A stretch of DNA of 64,000 nt from Octopus sinensis. Taxonomy: Eukaryota. Positions 30,071 through 42,399 of the stretch are shown in pieces. Every line of letters begins with the position of its first letter. Within the stretch, counting starts at the first letter, position 1. The stretch lies in the NCBI RefSeq assembly GCF_006345805.1, contig NC_043003.1, positions 75,330,001 to 75,394,000 of the forward strand. Direction: 5' to 3'. The notes under the pieces were generated by a model. It did no database searches. It was not told the origin of the DNA and was given only the letters and a program-made list of their open reading frames with translations. The position numbers were made by a program, and so were the translations under genes.

Positions 30071-30608
30071 TTCTTTCCTTCTCCTTCTGTCAGTCTCTTT
30101 TGATACGTCTGAAAGAGATTTTCTGCAGACAGATCAGGAAATAGATTCCTTCCAACAGGTCTAAAAAACGCAAGATTCGACATATGTCATGCACATGACA
30201 CCATCAAGTTGTTAGGAGCACGTTTATATGCATGCATATACGTATGGATATCTGTACGTATGTCTATATATATATAATATAATATATATATATATATATG
30301 TACATACATAATTGAAACTAGAAGCAAAAGTATTACTCTGGTTGAGTCTGTAAAGGGGTATACAGACTAAGAATATCTTAAGTTCAGTTAGAAAGTTTTG
30401 TAACTAATTTCATGTACTTGAATCTTCTTTAATCACCCAATTGTAACTTATGTAATTCAACATAAGTGCCTGAACCTATTCAAAAAAGTGTCCCGTTTAT
30501 TTATACAAGTGTATGTATACATACGCACATATGTATATACACATATGCATACACACATATATGCGTGTATATGTACTAGTCGATATATATATATATATGT
30601 ACATTAAT

Positions 30609-30669
<61 letters not shown>

Positions 30670-31312
30670 TTACATGTGTGTGTGTGGGTAGGTTACAACA
30701 AAGAGAAAAAAATAGAAAACAGCACCTGCGTACATCTACGTGTTTAGATTTTCATCAGTAGAAAATTACAAAGAGGACTTACACGCTGCCAATTCGTATC
30801 TTATACAGGGTGAATTAATATTCTTTCTCGAACGCTAGATTAAAAATTAATATTTAAAAGTCAAGTGAAATTACTAACTTCAAATAATCTACCTCTGAAT
30901 CTAGGGGGTAGACATGACAGAGATGGAAACACAGACAAAAAAAAATATACACCACACATACTCACAAAAGCACGACGCGACCCAAGTTTATATGAGCATA
31001 TTCTTTCAAATACGAACATGAAATGAAACATGTGTGTGTTTGTGTGTTTGTGTGTGTGTGTGTGCAAGCGCGCCTGTATATATATATATATATATATATA
31101 TGCATGTGTGTGTGTGTGTATATATATACAGATAGATACATAGATAGATACACATAGACATGGTTGTGTATCTATACATAAACACATATACACACACACG
31201 CACATGTTCATAGCACACAAATACACAAGCACACACATTTATCTCTCTCTCTCTATTATCACTCTCTCTCTCTTTCTCTCTATTATCACTCTCTCTCTCT
31301 CTTTATCTCTTA

Positions 31313-31400
<88 letters not shown>

Positions 31401-32581
31401 GATTCTATGTTATTCTCTTTAAGCTGAGATAGTAATTAATTGCCTTTTACATGCAATGAAGCGGAACTACATTTCGTATCATTCATCTCGGCAAGTAGTA
31501 CCGCAGTTTATCTTCGTCATATTTATGTATTTTTGTACCTGAAAATGATATTTATGTATATATTTTTTTACCCTATTTGGTCTTTGTTAACCGACTGTAC
31601 ATATTCCTACACAAAAACAACCTTCAAAACACTAACGCTTATATTTGTATAAAACTCTATAGCTTAGTCTCTCAGCAGGAATGGACAATTATGTTTCAAC
31701 GCATCAATAAATTGAACACATATCACCTCTTCACATTAGAAAATAGATTTTGATTCTGGCTCTTTTGTTTGTTATCACACGTCGGTTTATTTCTAGACGT
31801 AATTCTTTTCTTTTACATATATAATTTTATATGCTTTATTTGTATCCTTGCAAAATATTATAGTTATTATTATTGGTTGTGTTGGTGGTTATTGTAGTGA
31901 TGATGATATTGCTCCTGCTGCTACTGTTGTTGGAGGTGGCGTTAGTGTTGTTGTTATTCGAATTTCTGTTTACTTTGTTTTTACGTTAAATTGCAATATA
32001 AACTGTATTTCATTGTCGAATAACTGAGTTTCTTTAAAAATATTTTCACTCCCTTTGTTATTGGACTCTGTTGAGATAGAAATTACTGAGTGCAACTAAT
32101 TGCTTTATACCATTAACTTTCCATCATTCTCAGCATTACTCGCTGTGTCTCGTCATCACATCAGTCTTTGACATAATTTCATTAATATCGGTGGCACTGC
32201 ATGGTGCATGCATGGCGTGCTGGTTGCTCAGTGTGGTCACTTTTCATACGTGTTAGCTGTAATTGAAGGAATACTATTTTGAATGAAACAGAAGCCCGTT
32301 TCTCTGCTGTTCAATGTGGTCAGAACACTGTTAAGCAGAGTAATAATGTTCAACCATAAACCATATAAATGGTAATATGGTTACGACTCATTTTAAAACC
32401 ATTACTTATTCTCTGGCGGAAAAATTAGTTTTATTTTTAATTTGTTTACTTAAGTTCTTATTTTGTAAATTCTTTTGCTTTTTTCCAGTGAACGCAACTC
32501 CTTTGTTTTCCGTGAGGACTTTGTCTCGATGATACAAATAAATGCAGCATTTCTGTGTTGAAATATCTATATTATATTTTA

Positions 32582-32777
32582 TGGCGCATGGCTCAGTGGT
32601 TAGAGCGTCGAGCTTACGATCGTGAGGTTGTGAGCTCGAATCCCGGACCGGGCTGCGTGTTGTGTTCTTGAGCAAGGCACTTTATTTCACGTTGCTCCAG
32701 TTCACTTGTGTCTAGAAGGGTAACTTTCTAGGTGCAATCCCATGGTCATTCATGACCGAAGGGGGTCTTTACCCTTT
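32582..32777 (+). mobile_element. tRNA-derived SINE with a CORE-like segment
   Basis: A box TGGCTCAGTGG, B box GAGCTCGAATCC, then GTGTTCTTGAGCAAGGCACTTT, which resembles the CORE-SINE motif GTGACCTTGGGCAAGTCACTT. Confidence 0.8.
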
Positions 32778-32970
32778 ACTTGTTTCAGCAACTAGACTGT
32801 GGTTATGCCTTGGCACCACCTTGAATGTTTAGTCGAATGAATCGACTGCAGTCATTCTTTCGTTTATTTTTTAAGAAGTGGTACTTAATCTATCGGTATC
32901 TTTTGCCGAACCACTGAATTAAGAAGACACAAACACACCAACACCGGTTGTCAAACGGTGCTGACGGGAC
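32778..32970 (+). mobile_element. SINE-like repeat, same family as 25275-25465
   Basis: TTTAGTCGAATGAATCGAC...GGTACTTAATCTATCGGTATCTTTTGCCGAACC..ACACCAACACCGGTTGTCAA. Confidence 0.65.
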
Positions 32971-32971
32971 A

Positions 32972-34406
32972 CCCCTCTTTAATTCCTTATTTCTCTCTCA
33001 TCTCCCCCCTTTGGTGCCTTCGTCCCTCTTTTTCTCTCTCTCTCTCTCTTTGATTCCTTTGCCCCCTTTTTTTCTCTCTCTTCTCCTCTCACGTGACCGC
33101 TAGTCAACCAGCCTTTCGGCTTCTAACCAGCACCACGAGAACATCGTTGTCTTCGTCTGCCGAAAAAGGCATTTTTTTCCAAATACGCCAGTTAAACTGA
33201 GTTATACTGTCTATAGTCGTAAGTTACCCGCTGTTTTTGTCCTGTTATTACTATTGTTGTTTTTGTATTTATATTCATGTGACATCGTCCGTTTTTCTGT
33301 CCTTGTTTCGTATACATTCGATCCTTTTTCCAAGAAATCTAATGCTCGTAGCTTAGACTTTCCTTGGGGCTGGCCGGATCGGAGCGATCTCAAGAATGAT
33401 CAGCCGAAACTGCGAGGATGATCCGGTTCTTGACTGAAGATTGAAGGCTTCGAATGTCTCGTCCGTGTTTTTTGTATTGTCTTCTAAATGTTTTACGTTC
33501 TTGTCCCAGTTTGTATTTTTCTACATATAATATATATAGCGGCGCCCGTACCATCTTTGGCCTTGTATGTAAGTATATATTCCTTTAAATTTGGTACGAC
33601 TCTATAACACTGTCTCTCTCTCCTACATTTCTCTGCCTTTCACACTTTGCACTCCACTTTGATCTGTCTCTTTCTCTCTTTCTCTCTCTCCCTCTCTACT
33701 TTTCATCATTTTCTCTTTTCTTGCCTCTGATTCTTTTGTCTCCTTTTCCCCCACTCTCTCACATTTCTCTGTCTTTCTCACTTTGCACCTCACTGATTCT
33801 GTCGCCAAGCCAATACTTGGCACGCTCTCTTTCCCCTCCCCTCTTTAATTCCTTATTTCTCTCTCTTCTTGCCCCCCTTTGGTGCCTTCGTCCCTTTTTT
33901 TTCTCACTCTCTTTGATTCCTTTGCCCCCTTTTTTTCTCTCTTTTCTTCTCTCACGTGACCGCTGGTCAACCAGCCTTTCGGCTTCTAACCAGCACCACG
34001 AGAACATCGTTGTCTTCGTCTGCCGAAAAAGGCATTTTTTTCCAAATACGCCAGCTAAACTAAGTTATACTGTCTATAGTCGTAAGACACCCGCTGTTTT
34101 TGTCCTGTTATTACTATTATTGTTTTTTGTATTTATATTCGTGTGGGATCGTCCAATTTTCTGTCCTTGTTTCGTATACATTCGATCCTTTTTCCAAGAA
34201 ATCTAATGCTCGTAGCTTAGTTTTTCCTTGGGGCTGGCAGGATCGGAGCGATCTCAAGATTAATAAGCCGAAATTGCGAGGATGATCCGGTTCTTGACTG
34301 AAGATTGAAGGCTTCGAATGTCCCGTCCGTGTTTTTTGTATCGTCTTCTAAATGTTTTACGTTCTTGTCCCAGTTTGTATTTTTCTACATATAATATATA
34401 TAGCGG
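32972..34406. repeat. Two ~570-bp direct repeats (32972-33542 and 33838-34406) separated by a 295-bp pyrimidine-rich spacer; unclassified element
   Basis: Both copies run from CCCCTCTTTAATTCC to ATATAATATATATAGCGG with scattered substitutions. Confidence 0.9.
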
Positions 34407-34600
34407 TAGCAAAATAATTTTCTGCTGAATTTTTTGCTACCCTATATTGATTAATTATGAATTTTCTGTTTAATTCCGAAATGGAATCGGCAGCTTATAT
34501 TTGCTGCCGATAAATTGGCGCGAGTACGATGATTTTGAAAATTTTAGGTTAGATATTGCCGAAGCGGTAGTGGTGCTGCCTCGTGTAAATATCTCTCCCT

Positions 34601-34699
34601 CCTGGCTTACTTTACTGATGAATCTGTTGGCCTATGGAAGATTAGCTTGATTTAATTAAAAAAACAATGAAACAATGCATTGTATAAAGTGATACAGGG
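34601..34699 (+). ncRNA. Putative type I hammerhead ribozyme, copy 1 (predicted cleavage after GUA, at 34684)
   Basis: Core CTGATGA at 34615-34621 and GAAA at 34669-34672. Helix III ACAATGCATTGT (34672-34683) is palindromic. Helix I TTACTTTA/TAAAGTGA is 8 bp in exact register, extended by CCTG/CAGG beyond a 2x2 internal loop. Helix II is weak (AT[C]TGTT/AACAAT). Confidence 0.62.
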
Positions 34700-35062
34700 T
34701 AAATGTTTTTTTTTATTTTCTCCTGATTTACGGAATTACTACTATTTTGCGGTTGAAGCCTTGGCTGTTATTTCTAGTGGGTTGAACGGCCTATTATGGC
34801 CGTTCCTTAATTTGCTGTTGAATTTATAAATAGTTTCTGACTATTTCCTTTTTCTCACTAGACCGCTGGTAGCAAAATAATTTCTGCTGAATTTTTTGCT
34901 ACCCTATATTGATTAATTATGAATTTTCTGTTTAATTCCGAAATGGAATCGGCAGCTTATATTTGCTGCCGATAAATTGGCGCGAGTACGATGATTTTGA
35001 AAATTTTAGGTTAGATATTGCCGAAGCGGTAGTGGTGCTGTCTCGTGTAAATATCTCTCCCT

Positions 35063-35161
35063 CCTGGCTTACTTTACTGATGAATCTGTTGGCCTATGGA
35101 AGATTAGCTTGATTTAATTAAAAAAACAATGAAACAATGCATTGTATAAAGTGAAACAGGG
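35063..35161 (+). ncRNA. Putative type I hammerhead ribozyme, copy 2 (predicted cleavage after 35146)
   Basis: CTGATGA at 35077-35083, GAAA at 35131-35134, same helices. The only difference from copy 1 (T34693 vs A35155) falls in the unpaired helix I internal loop. Confidence 0.62.
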
Positions 35162-35429
35162 TAAATGTTTTTTTTTTTATTTTCTCCTGATTTACGGAAT
35201 TACTACTATTTTGCGGTTGAAGCCTTGGCTGTTATTTCTAGTGGGTTGAACGGCCTATTATGGCCGTTCCTTAATTTGCTGTTGAATTTATAAATAGGCT
35301 CTGACTATTTCCTTCTTCTCACTAGACCGCTGGTAGCAAAATAATTTTCTGCTGAATTTTTTGCTATCCTATATTGATTAATTATATATAAATATATATA
35401 TACACATACTCACTGACACACACACACAC

Positions 35430-35465
<36 letters not shown>

Positions 35466-35468
<3 letters not shown>

Positions 35469-35612
35469 CGGCCTTTCAGTTATCGTATGCCAAGTCCACT
35501 CACAAGGCCTTAGTCGGCTCGAAGCTGTAGTAGTAGACACCTGCCCAAGGTGCCGCGAAGTGGGACTGAACCCGAAACCATGTGATTGGGATGCAAGCTT
35601 CTTACCACGCAT
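35466..35612 (-). mobile_element. tRNA-derived CORE-like SINE
   Basis: Minus strand: GTGGTAAGAAGCTTGCATCCCAATCACATGGTTTCGGGTTCAGTCCC..GGCACCTTGGGCAGGTG; (TG)n tail. Confidence 0.78.
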
Positions 35613-36423
35613 CTACGTCTTCTGTTTTCCCGCCCTTTGTCTTATAAATGTTTTCTGTTTTGTTGCATGTGCTACGCGAGTTATTGTATTTTCCGGTAAT
35701 TTAAAAAATCTCATTTGTTGTATGCAGTGAATTGATTAACTGAGATGTTTTATCGCATTGAAAATTCCTATCTTTAGTGCCCGGTGCCTGGCCAGCAGCA
35801 CTGATTTGTTGAAATGAACGAAGAGTTGTCATTTCTAATAATTTTCCCGATGCTTCTGACCAGGCTTGTCTTTACCGCATTGTTATTCATATCAGTTCTC
35901 TATTTATATCCACAACCATCTTTATCATTTGCAAGATGCTTTAAATTTGCTAGTTACTCCTCCTTTGAAAGATATTTTTGATCAGCAGGGAATTGTCTAT
36001 CACATACATATATCTTATTTCGGTCTTCTTAATTAAATTTGGATATTTTGCATTGTTATTGTTCAATGCTAGGAACACAATGCCCCAAATGGTTGTAGCC
36101 TAGGAATCTATTTGAAGATCAAAGTGTTGCCATATTGCTCATCATATGTATAGCGATTGACTTAGGCTTATTTGCATATATTTCTGACTTTACAAATATT
36201 TCTCAGTTAGTTTTTATGCATAGCTTTCTCAATGTAGTGATTTCCCTGCCAAGACTTAATGGCATTATTTTATTTCCTCTCAGTAATTCAGTTCGGTCAG
36301 GTTTTGATTCTGTGCAATAAAAATGAGACTTGTTCAGATCAACAGAGATATATTAGATTTCAATCTAATTTCATTCCTTATTGTTAAGCCTATAGAGTGA
36401 TTTACCTTTCCATTTCTCTAGTG

Positions 36424-38013
36424 CAGTGGTCACCAAACTTTTTTCATAGTGGGCCAGATATAGCTATAAGAATGCCAAGCGCGGACAGGATAAATGTTTT
36501 CTTCAATTTAGTACAATATAGAATACACTGAATGTACACAAAAAAATAAAGACAGTCATCTTATTTATTTATCAATACATAAAATACACAAAATAATAAA
36601 AACAATAAACATATTTTAATAATAGCAAAATATTAGCAAGTTAGAATTTTTAGAAAAAGTGTGCACATAACTGAATTGCATAAAAAGTAAGCAGCACAAA
36701 AGTTAATGGAATTTGTGAAACTGGCGTTTTGCTTCCAAAATATCATCAATATTTTATTTATGATTGCTGCAGCCAATCATAAAAATTGCTTTCAAATGTC
36801 CATAAGTGAGCCTTGTTCGATGTATTAACTTCACACACTTTATTTTTGAAAAAGCTTGCTCACAAACATAAGTTGTTCCAAACTCTGATGCCATACTTCA
36901 GGCATTTTTTTTTTCAATTTTGAAAACTCATCAGCAGGCGAGCAGCGATACAATTCTCTCTGCTTCTCTTTCAACAAGGTATTAGCTTCAGTTAGCATGT
37001 CATCAAGATTACAGCCAAAGATATTCTCAAACAAAAGAATTTCATTCTCAATTATATCAAGATCTGAAAATCTTTGAGAAAAATGCTTATTTAAGTCCCG
37101 AATAATTTTTGTCTGAAACTCAGAGTTAACATGTTCCACATCTTCTGTGAAAATCTATTGAAAACACTGGAAATGAGAGAAGTTTCCTCCTTCATTTTGT
37201 GCTTCAAACAATAATAGCTGTCTCAGAAATGCTGTAATAATTCTGTAGATATCACTGACAAGCTTATTGTTTCCTTGGAGTTTTAAATTTAATTCATTCA
37301 TATGAAAAACAACGTCAAATATGAACGACAGCATTGATAACCATGAAGGATCTGACAGCTGTGGATCAGCTCTATTCTTTTCTATTTCTCTTTGGAGCTG
37401 ATAAAAACGAAACAGGACATTACCGCAACTGAGCCATCTCACTTCTGTATAGTAAAGCATATCACAGAAATTAAAATCTATTTCTTCAAGGAAAGCCAGG
37501 AACTGCCAGTGATTAAGCCCATGATTCCGAATATAGTTCGCCACAGTTGTAACCGGTTGTAGGATGCAAGAAATATCAAAGTGTTTTCCCTAGAGTGTTT
37601 GCTGGTGTATAATGCAGAGTATAATCAGAGCCTTCGGAAGTTGAAGTTCCTCCAACTTATTGAAGATGCAACACTCATCATCAAACTTTCTCTTCTTAGT
37701 AGCCATAAAAATTGCTGAAGAAAAAACAAAAGCAATCTTAATCCTCGGCATCAGATATTCTCGTTTTACTTGTAATCACTAATAACTGTCTAGCTTGAGA
37801 CACACGTGATATACCGTAGCAATTATTATGGCGCGTGAATACGTAGTGCGTGACGTGACTGAGTCAGTATCCATACGATATGCGTAATCTCAGAAGTGTA
37901 AGAAGCAGTATAAAAGCACGTTTATTATTATTTTTTCAACATACGACGGCGGGCCGGACAAATTGACTTCACAGGCCAGATCAGGCTCGCGGGCCGTAGT
38001 TTGGTGACCCATG
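36424..38013 (-). mobile_element. hAT DNA transposon of Buster/Charlie/SPIN (GTF2IRD2-like) type, internally deleted, with a perfect 8-bp TSD
   Basis: TIRs CAGTGGTCACCAAACT / CATGGGTCACCAAACT. TSD CTCTAGTG at 36416-36423 and 38014-38021. Minus-strand transposase pieces: MATKKRKFDDE (ATG at 37706), LCIIHQQTL, YYTEVRWLSCG..LFRF, HMNELNLKLQG. Confidence 0.93.
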
Positions 38014-38649
38014 CTCTAGTGTAATTTTCAGTTCTGTATTGTTTATTAAGTTTTCAATTCTTCGATACATTGTCACTATCTGAACTATTTTGCAGTGTTT
38101 TAAAATCTACTTCGTAATTTATTTTCTCATATAGAGAGTATATATTTATGCATTTTCAATCCCTACGTTAATCAGTGTATATCGTTTCTTTCTCATCCTT
38201 TATCTAGTCGAACTGTTGTTTTTTCCATCATTCCTCATACTTCCTTCATGGACAGAAACTATATTCTATATACAGCGATGTTGTGGATGTATTTTCAGAT
38301 CGCAGATAATTTTTTCCTGTTATCATTTTTCCGCCACACCTATATATTTCCTTAAATATTATTTTCCTTTTCTTATTTTCAACGTGCATTTACTGTATCT
38401 GGGATAGCTACTGCGTGACATTTAATGTTATTTATCGCTTTTATTGCGTTCAGTCCGTTTTAAAATATTGCTCTTCTATTGTAATATGTTCCTCAGTATG
38501 TATATGACCGATTTTATAGTAGGAATTTTATTTCTCTAATATTAAGTAATATACGTAAGTCTACCTAGATATATTAATGAAATGCTGCCAGTGCCTCTCA
38601 CCATCTATCTGTTCCACTAAAGCAACCCACATGACTCATTGACTCTTAT

Positions 38650-39020
38650 ATTCATGTAAGGTGAGCTCACCATTGGTCACCGCAACAGTGGGGCACCCAA
38701 GATGCGTTACAAGGACTGCCTAAAGAAGTCCCTTAGCGTTTGTGATATTGATTATCGTGAGCCGTCCTCTCTAACAGCTGACCTTGATGCTTGGCACCAT
38801 ACCATCAGCAATGTTGTCTCCTCTTTTCACGACAGTGCTTCTCTTAAAGACAAACGTCAGACGCGAGAAAATAATACAGCTGCATCATCAGAACTTCGAC
38901 AATCATACCTCTGTCATCATTGCAATCGGATATGTCCATCCCACGTCTGCCTTATCAGCTACGAGCAAGCATGCAAACGACGTGGACAACAGCCTTCCTG
39001 ATTTTCGTCAGCGAAGATAC
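38650..39020 (+). mobile_element. RTE-clade LINE 3' end
   Basis: GELTIGHRNSGAPKMRYKDCLKKSL...LTADLDAW...YLCHHCNRICPSHVCLISYEQAC (ORF 38702-39001), typical of the RTE/BovB-like C-terminus. Confidence 0.8.
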
Positions 39021-39401
39021 GACAAGAATGTATCTAATGTGTGTGTGTGTGTGTGTAAATTCAAATCAAGCAGAACAGGGAGAACATTATTGATCAGTAA
39101 ACAAATTGACGGGCATTGGAATCATTGGAAGAAGAAACGGCTGTTAGAAATAATAAAGTCTTATATTTAAAAAATTAATAATCGATTTAACTTTAAATTA
39201 CTTTTATTTGATTTAAATTTCTTCAATTTCTGATTGATTTAAATTTGATTCCTTATAAACTCTCGTTCATTTGGTTATTGCCTTATACTATGACCATACT
39301 ATGCTTTGCATATGCATGTCCAGGGTTAAAATAGATAATTTATACTGGTAGTAAAAAGTATTCCTATCCTTGCACGGTAATTACAATCGCTAACTTTACT
39401 A

Positions 39402-39480
<79 letters not shown>

Positions 39481-39876
39481 ATATATATAATGGAAGACGT
39501 ATTGCATCAGGCACGCTGGTCAGATAAACTTATCGTCTTTACTAATGGAGTTTCGATACAAAGTTGGTAAGTTTTATGATCAAAGAAGAAATAATTAGAC
39601 AAACGAAATAACGAAAAGGAAGCTGCAATGGAAAGAGTTAAGTCCCCTTGAACCATTCTAGCTGTGGCCAAAATGGGCCAGTATCTGTAAGGTTTTCTTT
39701 AAGATATGATTTAGCAGTTAAAGTATATAGTTAAGTGTGTAAGTAGAATGATAGTTCATGCTTATTTTCTAAAATATTTATAAATGCCGTGTTTGATCAT
39801 TCGAGCCATATGCCTACGTTGCTTGTTGCCCACAAATTTATGGTGGCGTTAATGGTGGACCATACTTGCAGTACTA

Positions 39877-40260
39877 TTCTTTTCTACTCTAGGCACAAGG
39901 CCCGAAATTTTAGGGGAGTGGGGCCAGTCGATTAGATTGATTAGATCGACCCCTGTACGCAACTGGTATTTAATTTATCGACCCCGAAAAGATGTAAGAC
40001 AAAGTAGACATCGGCGGAACTTTAACTCATGACGTAAAGACAGACAAAATACCTGTCTCTTTACTACCCACAAGGGGCTAAACACAGAGAGGACAAACAA
40101 GGACAGACAAACGGATTAAGTAGATTATATCGACCTCAGTGCGTAACTGTTACTTATTTAATCGACCCCGAAAGGATGAAAGGCAAAGTGGACCTCGGCG
40201 GACTTTGAACTCATGACGTAACGGCAGACAAAATACCGCTAATCATTTCGCCCTGTGTGC
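39877..40260 (-). mobile_element. Two adjacent SINE copies of the CGACCCCGAAAG family with different 3' tails
   Basis: The body ATCGACCCCGAAA.GATG.AAG.CAAAGT.GAC.TCGGCGGA occurs twice (~39980 and ~40160), with different sequence on the tail side. Confidence 0.85.
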
Positions 40261-40421
40261 TATTTGTTTTAGTGTCAGTTTGAAGCCTTTCTTGCGGTAC
40301 AATTTTCTTTACCTGTGCTTTTCCTTTCGCTTTTAATCTAGTTTATTTAGTAAAAGACTAAATATTTTCGCTCAAAATTACTTTCCCAACTTCTTGAAAT
40401 TTCATTGACATTGGATATCTT

Positions 40422-40424
<3 letters not shown>

Positions 40425-40478
<54 letters not shown>

Positions 40479-40525
40479 TATTATTATTATTATTATTGTT
40501 GTTGTTGTTGTTATTGTTGTTGTTG

Positions 40526-40617
<92 letters not shown>
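40425..40617. repeat. (ATT)n(GTT)n(ATT)n microsatellite
   Basis: Directly visible. Confidence 0.96.
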
Positions 40618-40618
<1 letters not shown>

Positions 40619-42399
40619 TTAAATATATTTTATTAATGTCGCTGTAAAATGTTTCCAAATATGGAATTCTTCTCAATGAGCTGAGGCTTAAAAGAGTATA
40701 AATCTATCTAAAATGTTTGTTTTCCTTCAAATGAGTGCTATAATATTGCTTGTTATTTTTGTTTTGTTTTTGCTTTGTTGTTGTTTTTTAATGTCAAATC
40801 CCTCCTTTCCAATTCCACTATACAAAATAGATTAATCGGTATTTTTTATGTCGTGAATACTCACAATTCTTTGCCTTTCGTTCTCGTGATATGTTGCAGA
40901 TTGGATTGATGTAGAGCTCCGTGTACAAGGAATAAGCCAATTCCTTTTCATAATATCATTACTTCTAAATAGATTAGGAGATTAAATCTATTAACATACG
41001 GATAGTGTATTTCTCTAGATATAATGGCTCCTGGGGTTACATCTTTATATATTTATTTCGTGGAATATTTCATTACAGATTTTCATTTTTACACAGTGAT
41101 GCATTGAAGGAATGTTTAAAATGTCGGAAAAAAAGGTCAAGCCACTTTTTATTCTGGCTTTCTACATGTGTCTTCCAAACATCGCTGATTTCAACTTTTC
41201 CCTTCTTCTCCACAGTGTTGATAAAATAAAGTTCCTGTCAAGGCCTGGCAATATTTAGACTAAGTATTTGATTGATATCCGGAAATAAAACGCTTGTTAC
41301 CGTGTGCTTGCGTTTCCATTTTATCAATCTTAAGACACCAATAATTAGAGGTTTGGCTTCTATTTATAACCTTCATTACATTATCAATATGTTTGTTCGC
41401 ATTTCTTTATAATTGGAAATATATTTAAGAGTAACATTATCATTTATTAAGACTGATACTTTGATAAGATGATAAATATCTCCTCGATAACCATAATCCA
41501 TGAAAATTATTTTTTAACTATCAACCTGTGTTTAACCTCACTAGATATGTGTATGTAAATCTGAAAAATAAAATGAAGGTAAGTGTAATCTTTTTCTGGT
41601 TAATTCATCTTACCTATCTCTGCATACAGTTCACTTAAATGTTTTTATTTTAAATTATTTCATTCGTCCGTTTCTATTGCGAGAATCTAAATCTAATCCA
41701 CAATAAAGTCCGTCTGTTATCGCATTGAATCTTTTCCTCTAGTGTTATTTTTTTCTTTTTCTAGACACATTTATCTTGATAAAAACTTCAAACGTCAGCA
41801 TTTAGGGGGCTTTTCTTTCGTTGTTTATTGAAGCATTATTCTGCAGTAAGATTTTAGTTTACAGTTTTGAGATAATGAAACTTACATTTTAGAAACTCTT
41901 TATTGCCTCTCTATCTGGCATATTCCTGTTTTGTATTTCCACAGTTCACTAAAGATGAACTATGATTTCTCTTGTTGATTTGCCATTTCCAACAGACTCA
42001 TCCGCGTCAGCTTGTACTTTATATTATACATCATAAAATACGCCCGGAGAGCTAAGTATTTATTGGAGCATTGATCAACTCACAGGGATCGAATGCATTC
42101 AAAAGGTTTCTTTATCGCTACTCCTAACAAGTTGCAGGATTCGGTCACATTTACAATGATTGCACCACTGCAAAATATTCTGGAATCTGCATGGATATCA
42201 CAGAGAAAGGTCTCCTTTCTGATCCACTTCTTATTGCATGCACGATTCCGCATAAATGTCCCTACACTCCATCAACTTTTATAACAGTTACGAGGCAATT
42301 TTTTCGATTTGGGTGTCGTGAGTTAGCGTCTCCGGATTTCATCACCGTAACACATTATGCATACAGAGGTGGTCACAATCATTCTAAACTAATGCTAAG

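Larger units (their letters stand above)
34405..35385 (+). repeat. Tandem array of ~2.1 copies of a ~463-bp structured unit (retrozyme-like candidate)
   Basis: GGTAGCAAAATAATT recurs at 34405, 34868 and 35332; the copies differ at only a handful of positions. Confidence 0.93.

Noticed and set aside
33365-33460. GGCTG...CAGCC-GAAAC and CTGAAGA motifs in the 570-bp repeat as a hammerhead
   Set aside because: No CUGANGA precedes the GGCTG stem, the CTGAAGA is followed by GAAT rather than GAAA, and helix I has no partner.
32972-35385. Repeated units as a possible CRISPR-like array
   Set aside because: The units are 460-570 bp with no short repeat-spacer periodicity and no cas genes; the context is eukaryotic.
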